NCBI GenBank assembly: GCA_028689585.1
Contig: JAQVCW010000009.1
Location: 14,314 to 38,313 of the forward strand
Direction: 5' to 3'
Length of the DNA stretch: 24,000 nt
DNA from: Lachnospiraceae bacterium
GTDB lineage: Bacteria > Bacillota > Clostridia > Lachnospirales > Lachnospiraceae
Under the pieces are notes generated by a model. The model was given only the letters and a program-made list of their open reading frames with translations. It was not told the origin of the DNA and did no database searches. Shown in pieces: positions 7,421 to 15,652 of the stretch. A program made the position numbers and the translations under genes. Positions within the stretch are counted from its first letter, which is position 1. Each line of letters begins with the position of its first letter.

Positions 7421-8491
7421 ATGGAACAGGCAGGACAACCAAAAGTATTAAAAGTACATAACAGAGTATTAATTAAAAGACTGATTAAAGAAAAGGGGGC
7501 AATTACAAAACCGGAAATAGCAAAATTCACAAAATTAAGTCTTCCAACGGTAAACAAGATTATGGATGAACTGGTGGAGGAGGGGTATGCAATCGAGGCT
7601 TCACTGCAGGAGCGATCCAAAGCAGGCAGAAAAGCAAGGACATATATATTGAATGATAAATTTGGCACCTTTTTATCTATCTACTATATGGATGAAAAAT
7701 GGATTGGAAGTATTGTTGATATAGCTGGAAATGTATTATCAGAAATCGAAAGTCAGGCCCTGGCCGGCGGCAAAGAGCTAGAAACTATTTTAAGTATACT
7801 GGATGAACTGGAACAATTGGCAGAGCGTGTTATGGCGATAGGAATAGGAGTGCCGGGTATCGTATTGAAGGATGGAACGATAGATGGAATACCATTGCTG
7901 CCGAGGTTGGAAGGCGTTAGGTTGGCAGAGGTAATTAATCAGAAATATAAACAGCCAGTATATATTGAAAATGATGTAAAACTAATGACGCTTGGGTATT
8001 ATAATCTTCGCCTGAATAGTTTGGATAACATAGTATTTCTCTATATTGGAAGCGGAATTGGTGCCGGAATTTTGATAAATGGACAGCTATATAAAGGAAA
8101 CTGCAGTTTTGCAGGAGAATTTGGATACATGGTTGCAGCAGCCGAAAAAAAGGACGTCAATGACAGCGAAGAGAATGTTGAAAAGAGGTTGATTTCCCTG
8201 AGAAAAAAAATTCAGAAAAAAGATTGTGCAGAACAGTATAAGCTTCAGTTTTGCCGTGAAATTGGCCGGATATTGATTAATTGTTCCGCTGTCATCAATC
8301 CAGAAGCAATTGTTTTATATTGTGATGAGCTGGATGCAGGAAATCTTATGCAGATCGAAACCGAGATAAAACGATATCTGCCGAAAATATGTGTGCCAAA
8401 GCTTTGCAGAACGTCAGATAAAAGAGTTGGAATTAATGGACTCATTGCTCTGTGCCAGGAAGGAATCGCACAAAAGAGTGTTTTGTCATAA
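7421..8491 (+). CDS. ROK-family transcriptional regulator (N-terminal winged HTH plus sugar-kinase-like sensor domain)
   Basis: 356 aa. The N-terminus (NRVLIKRLIKEKGAITKPEIAKFTKLSLPTVNKIMDELVEEGY) is typical of NagC/XylR-type ROK repressors. The ROK core includes IGVPG, ENDVKL and GSGIGAGILINGQLYKG..FAGEFGY. Confidence 0.85.
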   Translation: MEQAGQPKVLKVHNRVLIKRLIKEKGAITKPEIAKFTKLSLPTVNKIMDELVEEGYAIEASLQERSKAGRKARTYILNDKFGTFLSIYYMDEKWIGSIVDIAGNVLSEIESQALAGGKELETILSILDELEQLAERVMAIGIGVPGIVLKDGTIDGIPLLPRLEGVRLAEVINQKYKQPVYIENDVKLMTLGYYNLRLNSLDNIVFLYIGSGIGAGILINGQLYKGNCSFAGEFGYMVAAAEKKDVNDSEENVEKRLISLRKKIQKKDCAEQYKLQFCREIGRILINCSAVINPEAIVLYCDELDAGNLMQIETEIKRYLPKICVPKLCRTSDKRVGINGLIALCQEGIAQKSVLS

Positions 8492-8519
8492 TGAAGGGGG
8501 GCGAATAAAATTGGAAGCC

Positions 8520-9434
8520 ATGAAATTATGGGTTTCTGTGGATGGTGGTGGTACAAAGACAACTATATGCGCCTGTGATGAACATTATAAAAAAGTATTT
8601 GATGAATCCTTTGGATGTTCGAATTATAAGGCAGCAGGTTTGAAAACAGTATCAGAAATATTGGTAAATGCTTTCGAACACATGATGAATACATTAAAAT
8701 GCACGAAAGAAAATATTGCCGGAGTTGTAATGGCGATTGCTGGATGCGATACGCAAAAAGATGTATTAGTTTATAAAAATATCATGAAGTCCACGAAAAT
8801 TGAAGAAGAAAAATTATTTGTATGCAATGACACAGAAGCTATTTTTCGATCTCTTTCCGATAAGGATGGAATATGTGTAGTGGCGGGAACCGGCTCTATT
8901 GTGTGCGCTTATGATAAAAACGGATTGAGAACACGAGTGGGTGGCTGGGGATCCCCTTTATCAGATGAGGGATCCGGATATTGGATAGGGGCAGAATTAC
9001 TGAAAAAAGTTATACGCTGGTACGATGGAGTAAACGAAGAAAGCCGCCCCGTATATAAAGAAATTGAAAAACAATATTCGAGATCGGGTACAGAATTGGC
9101 CTGGGTATTGACATCTTTATCAGTAAAAGAGGTGGCGGCTGTTTCTTCTTTCGTATTTCAATATGCTAAACAGGGAGATGAACTTTGCAAAGAAATTATT
9201 CAGAGGGCCACAGATTCGTTGATTCAACAGATCTCAGTCATATGCAAAAAGATGAGTTATAAAAAATCATTTTCAATTTTAATGGTTGGTGGTCTGTTTA
9301 ATGATGGTGATTTTTTACAGAGAGTGAAAATGGGAATTACAGAGCAGTTTCAGTTACAGAAAATTGAATTCTTACGTCCGGAAAATTCACCAGCAGAGGA
9401 TGGATTGAATTTTGCGAAGAAATTGTTTTTATAA
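8520..9434 (+). CDS. BadF/BadG/BcrA/BcrD-type ATPase, N-acetylglucosamine-kinase-like sugar kinase
   Basis: ORF 8391..9434, whose 5' part overlaps the ROK gene. Plausible starts are ATG 8520 (MKLWVSVDGGGTKT) or TTG 8511, 9 nt after GAAGGGGGG. Motifs: DGGGTKT, VAGTGS, GGWGSPLSDEGSGYWIG. Confidence 0.8.
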   Translation: MKLWVSVDGGGTKTTICACDEHYKKVFDESFGCSNYKAAGLKTVSEILVNAFEHMMNTLKCTKENIAGVVMAIAGCDTQKDVLVYKNIMKSTKIEEEKLFVCNDTEAIFRSLSDKDGICVVAGTGSIVCAYDKNGLRTRVGGWGSPLSDEGSGYWIGAELLKKVIRWYDGVNEESRPVYKEIEKQYSRSGTELAWVLTSLSVKEVAAVSSFVFQYAKQGDELCKEIIQRATDSLIQQISVICKKMSYKKSFSILMVGGLFNDGDFLQRVKMGITEQFQLQKIEFLRPENSPAEDGLNFAKKLFL

Positions 9435-9488
9435 TCAGGTGCGTAAGTGGTAAACACTTAAAATAATTTATTCCAAGGAGGAACAGAC

Positions 9489-10613
9489 ATGAAAAAAACT
9501 TTAAATGCAGCAGTAGCAATGATGATGGCAATTACAGCGATTGGTATGCCAATGAGTGTATCAGCAGAAGAAAACAGTGAATTTTTAACAATGATTCCAA
9601 ATTATGATAATGCAGTTGGAACGTATGCACAGGGACCAAACGGGGAAGAGGCGGTTGCGGCTGATGATGTTAATCTTACTGAGGAGCAGTATGCAGTAGT
9701 TAAGGATATGCATCTTTCCCTTGCGATGTTATGGGCTGGTGCAGGAGAGTGGTACAATGGCATGACAGACGGAGCAAAGAGTGAATGTGAAAAAATGGGA
9801 ATAGAGATTGCTACAACTGCAGATGCTGAATTTGATCCGGCTCAGCAGGCAACTCAGATTGAGACAGCCCTTTCACTTAGTCCAGACATTATTTTGACAC
9901 TTCCGGTGGACCCTGCCAGTGGGACAGCAGCATATCAGCCAGCAGTAGATCAGGGTGTCAAAATTGTATTTGCTGATAATTCTGTCAATGGATATATTGG
10001 CGGAGAACAGTATGTATCAGTTTGTACGGGTGATCAATATGGTATGGGAAGAACTTGCGCTCAGTTAATTTCGGATGCTATTGGTGGTTCAGGTAAAATA
10101 GGCATTATTTATTATGAAGCTGACTACACGGTAACAAATAATCGTGATAATCAGTTTGTACGTTCTATTTTGGAGGATTATCCTGATATTGAAATTGCAA
10201 GTATGATGGGATTTGCTGAGGAAACTGCTACCGGTGAAGTGGCATCTGCAATGCTGACACAAAATCCGGATCTGGATGCTGTTTATGTTTCGTGGGATGT
10301 TGCGGCAGAACCTGTCGTGGCAGAAATACGTTCTTCCGGATATGATACGAAACTGGTGACGATAGACCTGGGCGGTAATAATGATCTTGAAATGGCAAAT
10401 GGCGGTATTGTATATGGGAAATCTGCAGATATGCCTTACCAGATTGGTGCAACTATGGTGAAAACAGCAGCACTGAGTTTGTTAGGAGAAGAGGCACCTA
10501 CCTACATTGTAAGTGACAGTATTTGCATGACAAAGGATAATATTGAAGAAAGCTGGATTTCAGCTATGAATTGCCAACCAAGTGACGATGTATTGAAAGC
10601 TTTAGGAAAATAG
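9489..10613 (+). CDS. sugar ABC transporter substrate-binding protein (periplasmic-binding-protein type I, RbsB-like)
   Basis: 374 aa with RBS AAGGAGGA upstream. Signal peptide MKKTLNAAVAMMMAITAIGMPMSVSA|EEN. Alternating alpha/beta pattern typical of CUT2-type binding proteins. Sits directly upstream of its permease. Confidence 0.85.
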   Translation: MKKTLNAAVAMMMAITAIGMPMSVSAEENSEFLTMIPNYDNAVGTYAQGPNGEEAVAADDVNLTEEQYAVVKDMHLSLAMLWAGAGEWYNGMTDGAKSECEKMGIEIATTADAEFDPAQQATQIETALSLSPDIILTLPVDPASGTAAYQPAVDQGVKIVFADNSVNGYIGGEQYVSVCTGDQYGMGRTCAQLISDAIGGSGKIGIIYYEADYTVTNNRDNQFVRSILEDYPDIEIASMMGFAEETATGEVASAMLTQNPDLDAVYVSWDVAAEPVVAEIRSSGYDTKLVTIDLGGNNDLEMANGGIVYGKSADMPYQIGATMVKTAALSLLGEEAPTYIVSDSICMTKDNIEESWISAMNCQPSDDVLKALGK

Positions 10614-10663
10614 TAGCCTGTTTATTAGCAGGTCAGAGACTGCTGCAGGCTGGAAGGAGTCAG

Positions 10664-11614
10664 ATGATGCAAAGACAAAGCTTTAAGGATATAAATCTTA
10701 GTAAGTTTATAGTCTATATAAGTTTTTTTATAGTTTTAATTGGATTTTCAATCTTGCTACCGGGGAAATTTTTGACAGTAAATAATATATTGAATATTTT
10801 GCGTCAAACTGCAATGATTTCAGTGGCAGCAGTCGGCATGACATTTGCTATTACTGCAGGTCAGATTGACTTGTCTACAGGAGGCGTAACTGCTATTACA
10901 GCTTTGGTAACAGCGTTAATGCTGCAGAGATTTCCGACGGTCATTGCTGTACTTATAGGTGTGGGAGTAGGTTTTATCTGTGGGGCATTAAACGGGATAT
11001 TGCTGACTAAATGCAGAATTCCTGCTTTTATTGTTACTTTGGGAACCAGCAGCGTATATGTGGGATTTGCAAGGTCATTAACAAATTTAGAGGCTGTTAC
11101 AATTACAAATGAAACTTTTAATCACTATTTTGGATCTGGCAATATTGGATTTATTCCCACACTGTTTCTTTGGACGGTAGTGATTACGGTTATAGGCCAG
11201 TATGTATATAAGAAAACACCTTTTGGACGTGCGGTGCTGGCAGTTGGCGGAAGTGAATCAGCAGCTCGTTATTCTGGTATAAATACAGATAAAATTAAAT
11301 TTTGGGCAATGACTATTTGTGGTATTACGGCTGCATTTTCAGGTATTTTATATTCGGCTCGAATGCATGGCGCAAGATATACCTATGGTGAAAATGACAG
11401 TATGAATATTATTGCAGCAGTAGTAATAGGCGGGACAAGTTTTAGCGGAGGTAAAGGAACAGTATTTGGCACTTTGCTGGGTTCTCTGGTAATAGGCATG
11501 CTGAACAATGGATTGCTTCTGCTGGGATTGAGCGTGAATGCGCAAATGATTGCCAGAGGTATCGTGATTGTATTGGCAGTATCACTTAGTCTGAGAGAAA
11601 AACTGAGTAATTAA
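10664..11614 (+). CDS. sugar ABC transporter permease (RbsC/AraH-like, BPD_transp_2 type)
   Basis: 316 aa, highly hydrophobic, RBS GGAAGGAG upstream. Family-typical blocks: TAGQIDLSTGG, IPAFIVTLGT and GGTSFSGGKGTVFGTLLG. Confidence 0.9.
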   Translation: MMQRQSFKDINLSKFIVYISFFIVLIGFSILLPGKFLTVNNILNILRQTAMISVAAVGMTFAITAGQIDLSTGGVTAITALVTALMLQRFPTVIAVLIGVGVGFICGALNGILLTKCRIPAFIVTLGTSSVYVGFARSLTNLEAVTITNETFNHYFGSGNIGFIPTLFLWTVVITVIGQYVYKKTPFGRAVLAVGGSESAARYSGINTDKIKFWAMTICGITAAFSGILYSARMHGARYTYGENDSMNIIAAVVIGGTSFSGGKGTVFGTLLGSLVIGMLNNGLLLLGLSVNAQMIARGIVIVLAVSLSLREKLSN

Positions 11615-11627
11615 GGGGGGAAGATGG

Positions 11628-12818
11628 ATGTTTTTAAAGAAGATAATGGAACGGAACGAAAGACTGATTGATGCCTCTGTTCAACTTCATCAGAAGTTGA
11701 AAATACCAGCAAATTCTTATGTATTGGATGTAGATACAATTGCGCAGAATGTGAAAATGATGGCAGACATTTGTCACGAAAATGGGATGAAGTTGTATCC
11801 CATGACGAAGCAGATTGGACGAAACCCAGTGGTTATAAAAGCAATTAAATCAGTCGGGGCGGATGGATGTGTATGTGTAGACATGGCGGATGCAAGGAGA
11901 GTTCATGAAGCGGGGATGCCTATTGGTCATTTGGGGCATCTGGTACAGGTACCGAAAGCAGAGACCATGGCAGCGGCAGCGATGGAGCCGGAATACTGGA
12001 CAGTTTATAGCCTGGAGAAAGCAAAGGCTATATCCGATGCAGTACCGGAAGGCAGAATTCAAAAAATTATGCTTCGTATTTATACGGATGGGGATACCTA
12101 CTATACCGGACATGAGGGCGGATTTGAAGCAAAGGATATCGTAGAAGCCGCAAAAAAAATAAATCAGATGCCAGGACTGGAGTTTGCCGGATTAACTACA
12201 TTTCCGACACAACTGTTTGATGATAAAAGTATAACAATAAAGCATACACACAATTATCAGACGATTCTGGAAGCAAAAGAGAGATTAGAAAAAGCCGGAT
12301 TTTCTTCTGTTGAAATTAATGCGCCAGGAACTACTTCATCCCATCTTTTTTCGGAAATGGCGGCCAGCGGTGTGACACAGGTTGAGCCTGGGCATGGAAT
12401 GACAGGTACAACACCAATTCATGCATTTTGTGATATGATTGAAAAACCAGCGATGGTTTATGTGTCAGAGGTGTGTCATTTTTATAAGGGAAGAGGTTAT
12501 TGCTATGGTGGGGGAATGTATATTGATCCTGTTTTTCCGCCTTATGCGGTGCGGGCCTGCGTAGGAAGTACACCGGAAGAAGCTAAGAAAAATCTGATTG
12601 TCTGTGATATTCCTAATCCGGCGGCAATCGATTATTATGGTATCTTTGAACCAAATGATAAAATACGCCAGGGAGATACCGTTGTATTTGGTTTTAGAGC
12701 TCAGGCATTTGTAACACGTGCATTTATTGTGCCGGTTGTAGGTATCTCAACAGGGAATCCAGTCGCAGCAGGAGTGTTTGACAGTGATGGTAAGATAACG
12801 GGGTGGCCGAATTGCTGA
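11628..12818 (+). CDS. YhfX-like fold-type III (alanine-racemase-fold) PLP-dependent enzyme, substrate unknown
   Basis: 396 aa with a GGGGGG RBS 7 nt upstream. Blocks recalled from E. coli YhfX: YPMTKQIGRNP (candidate PLP lysine), GHLGHLVQVP, GRIQKIMLRIY, MPGLEFAGLTTFP, NAPGTTS, EPGHGMTGTTP, YCYGGGMY and VFGFRAQAFVTR. Confidence 0.75.
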   Translation: MFLKKIMERNERLIDASVQLHQKLKIPANSYVLDVDTIAQNVKMMADICHENGMKLYPMTKQIGRNPVVIKAIKSVGADGCVCVDMADARRVHEAGMPIGHLGHLVQVPKAETMAAAAMEPEYWTVYSLEKAKAISDAVPEGRIQKIMLRIYTDGDTYYTGHEGGFEAKDIVEAAKKINQMPGLEFAGLTTFPTQLFDDKSITIKHTHNYQTILEAKERLEKAGFSSVEINAPGTTSSHLFSEMAASGVTQVEPGHGMTGTTPIHAFCDMIEKPAMVYVSEVCHFYKGRGYCYGGGMYIDPVFPPYAVRACVGSTPEEAKKNLIVCDIPNPAAIDYYGIFEPNDKIRQGDTVVFGFRAQAFVTRAFIVPVVGISTGNPVAAGVFDSDGKITGWPNC

Positions 12819-14323
12819 AAGATGAATACGCGTTAGAGTTAAAAGATATTTATAAATCTTTTTATCAAAATCAAGTATTAAAGGGTGTATCCCTGAATGT
12901 AGAAAAAGGTATGATTATGGGGTTGCTCGGCGGTAATGGAGCAGGTAAATCAACATTGATGAAAATTGTAAATGGTATCTATGCAAAAGATTCCGGAGCA
13001 ATCTTTATTGGCGGAAAAGAAATAGAACTTCATAATGCACAAGATGCGAAAAGGCAGGGAATTGCAATGGTGTATCAGGAATTATCTCTTGTGCCTACAT
13101 TAACTGTAGTACAGAATTTATTTCTGAATGCAGAGCCTTGCAATGGTTTAAGCATTGATGAAAAAATGTGTTTGAAGCAGGCCAAAGAAGCATTTGAAGA
13201 TTTTGGGATAAACGACATTGATCCTAATGCGGTTGCAGGGGATCTTCCAATAGGAAAAAAACAATTGATAGAGATTATTAAAGCAATGTTAAAAAATCCC
13301 CAGGTATTGATATTAGATGAACCAACTGCATCTTTAACACAATATGAAATTGGACTGCTGTTTGAATTTATCCGCAAATTAAAAGAAAGAGGAATTGCCA
13401 TTATCCTTATTTCTCACCATATGAAAGAAATTGTGGAAATCTGCGATCGTGCAGTGATTTTATTTAATGGAACAGTTGCTTTAAATGCAGAGGTAAAAAG
13501 TCTGACGATACCGGATATGGTAGAGGCAATGGTGGGCCGAGAGGTGCAGGAAGACTATGTAAAGCGGGAGAAAAAGGCAGATTATAATGCGGAACCATTG
13601 CTTTGCGTAAAAGATTTGGAGAACAGTGATGGAAAGCTAAATGGTGCATGCTTTACTATCTATCCGGGCGAAGTAGTTGGAATTGCAGGACTGATGGGAA
13701 GTGGCCGTACAGAATTGATAAAATGCATCTATGGATTGATGAAACCTAAGAAAGGATCTGTGACGCTGCGTGGCAAAAAAATTACAGGGCAGAAGCCTTG
13801 GGTATCTGTAGACACGGGAGTATTTATGATTCCGGAAGATAGAAGAAAATCCGGTATTATAGATATCCATTCAGTAAAAATGAATCTGTTTCTTTCTGCT
13901 TGGAAACATTTTACCAAAGGCGGGTGGATTCAGGATAAGAAAGCAGATGAAGAAGCCAAAAAACTGATTGAAAAACTGGATATTAAAACCACAGGGATAG
14001 GGCAGGAAGTGAAAAATTTATCTGGAGGAAATCAGCAGAAAGTGGTATTTGGTAAGAGTGTATTTTTGCATCCGGATATACTTATGCTGGATGATCCAAC
14101 AGTAGGTGTGGATGTGGAAGCAAAGGATGGAATTTGCAGAATAATATCAGCGATTGCAGATACTGGAAGTGGAGTTCTGTTGGTTTCATCTGAATTTGAT
14201 CATTTGGCCCGTGTGTGTGATCGTGTTTTGATTATGAAACAGGGACGAATGGTTGGAGAATTGAAGCGTGGAAAAGATAAATTATCAGAGAGTTCGTTGT
14301 TGGTAGCGGTGCAGGGAGCTTAA
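12803..14323 (+). CDS. sugar ABC transporter ATP-binding protein with two fused ATPase domains (RbsA-like)
   Basis: 506 aa. Start is GTG 12803 (or in-frame TTG 12812), overlapping the end of the PLP-enzyme gene. Domain 1 has Walker A GGNGAGKST, a degenerate signature-motif position and Walker B LILDEPT. Domain 2 has GLMGSGRTEL, LSGGNQQK and LMLDDPT. Confidence 0.9.
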   Translation: MAELLKDEYALELKDIYKSFYQNQVLKGVSLNVEKGMIMGLLGGNGAGKSTLMKIVNGIYAKDSGAIFIGGKEIELHNAQDAKRQGIAMVYQELSLVPTLTVVQNLFLNAEPCNGLSIDEKMCLKQAKEAFEDFGINDIDPNAVAGDLPIGKKQLIEIIKAMLKNPQVLILDEPTASLTQYEIGLLFEFIRKLKERGIAIILISHHMKEIVEICDRAVILFNGTVALNAEVKSLTIPDMVEAMVGREVQEDYVKREKKADYNAEPLLCVKDLENSDGKLNGACFTIYPGEVVGIAGLMGSGRTELIKCIYGLMKPKKGSVTLRGKKITGQKPWVSVDTGVFMIPEDRRKSGIIDIHSVKMNLFLSAWKHFTKGGWIQDKKADEEAKKLIEKLDIKTTGIGQEVKNLSGGNQQKVVFGKSVFLHPDILMLDDPTVGVDVEAKDGICRIISAIADTGSGVLLVSSEFDHLARVCDRVLIMKQGRMVGELKRGKDKLSESSLLVAVQGA

Positions 14324-14385
14324 TCCGGGATTATGTTTTTCGATGAACTATGGTTTTGAGAATAAAGATGAGCACTCTTAAATAC

Positions 14386-14430
14386 AAAAGCGGGACGCTG
14401 TGTATTGTCTGACACAGCGCCCGCTTTTTG
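14386..14430. terminator. bidirectional intrinsic terminator between convergent genes
   Basis: AAAA-GCGGGACGCTGTGT (14390-14403), 8-nt loop, ACACAGCGCCCGC (14412-14424), then TTTTT. The A-tract on one side and T-tract on the other let it serve both strands. Confidence 0.8.
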
Positions 14431-14445
14431 TATGGCAGTATTTAT

Positions 14446-15627
14446 TTAGTGATGGAACAGCCGGATTCCCGTAAATGCCATTGCTATATTGTATTTATTA
14501 CAGGTTTCGATAACCTGGTCATCACGGATGGACCCGCCTGGCTGTGCAATGTATTCTACACCGCTCTTGTGAGCACGCTCGATGTTATCACCGAAGGGGA
14601 AGAATGCATCAGAGCCAAGAGATACACCGGACATGGTGGAAAGCCATGCTTTCTTTTCTTCTTTTGTGAATTCAGCCGGTTTTGTTTTGAAAACGTGTTC
14701 CCAGTTACCGTCACTGAGGAGATCTTCCACGCTGTTTTCACCGATATAGACATCAATCGCATTGTCACGGTCAGCACGGCGGATATCGTCAGCGAAAGGA
14801 AGGTTCAGAACCTGAGGTGCCTGACGCAGATACCAGTTGTCCGCTTTGCTTCCCGCCAGTCTGGTACAGTGAACTCTGGACTGCTGTCCGGCACCGATGC
14901 CGATGGCCTGTCCGTCTTTTACATAGCAGACAGAATTGGACTGGGTATACTTTAAGGTGATCAGGGAGATCATCAAATCTTCTTTGCTGCTATCCGGGAT
15001 ATCGGTATTGGCGGTCACTACTTTTGACAGCAGATCCTTGTTGATATCCAGTTCGTTCCGGCCCTGTTCAAAGGTGATGCCATAGACCTGCTTGTGCTCC
15101 AGGGCAGCGGGGCGGTAGGAAGGATCGATCTGAATGACATTGTAGTTTCCATTCTTTTTCTGATGAAGTATTTCCAGGGCCTCCGGTTCATATCCGGGTG
15201 CAATGACACCGTCGGAAACTTCGCGTTTGATAAGTCTGGCAGTGGCGGCATCGCAGGTGTCAGACAGGGAGATAAAATCACCAAAGGAAGACATACGGTC
15301 AGCGCCTCTTGCACGGGCATAGGCACAGGCCAGAGGAGATAAATCGCCTTCATCCTCCACCCAGTAGATTTTTTTCAGAATGTCACTTAAAGGTCTGCCT
15401 ACAGCAGCACCGGCAGGAGACACGTGTTTAAATGAAGCGGCAGCGGGAAGTCCGGTTGCCTTTTTCAGTTCACTGACCAACTGCCAGCCGTTAAACGCAT
15501 CCAGAAAGTTGATGTATCCGGGTTTTCCGGACACAACCCTGATGGGAAGCTCTGAGCCGTCGGCCATAAAGATTCTGGAAGGCTTCTGATTAGGGTTGCA
15601 TCCATATTTCAATTCCAGTTCATTCAT
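14446..15627 (-). CDS. purH: AICAR formyltransferase (PurH transformylase domain only; no MGS-like IMP cyclohydrolase domain)
   Basis: 393 aa. Begins LKYGCNPNQKPSRIF... and continues with SFKHVSPAGAAVG and GSIRDDQVIETCNKYNIAMAFTGIRLFHH, which match the C-terminal AICARFT half of bifunctional PurH. Confidence 0.9.
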   Translation of the reverse strand: MNELELKYGCNPNQKPSRIFMADGSELPIRVVSGKPGYINFLDAFNGWQLVSELKKATGLPAAASFKHVSPAGAAVGRPLSDILKKIYWVEDEGDLSPLACAYARARGADRMSSFGDFISLSDTCDAATARLIKREVSDGVIAPGYEPEALEILHQKKNGNYNVIQIDPSYRPAALEHKQVYGITFEQGRNELDINKDLLSKVVTANTDIPDSSKEDLMISLITLKYTQSNSVCYVKDGQAIGIGAGQQSRVHCTRLAGSKADNWYLRQAPQVLNLPFADDIRRADRDNAIDVYIGENSVEDLLSDGNWEHVFKTKPAEFTKEEKKAWLSTMSGVSLGSDAFFPFGDNIERAHKSGVEYIAQPGGSIRDDQVIETCNKYNIAMAFTGIRLFHH

Positions 15628-15652
15628 AATTTAAATCCTCCTTTTGGGCTTG

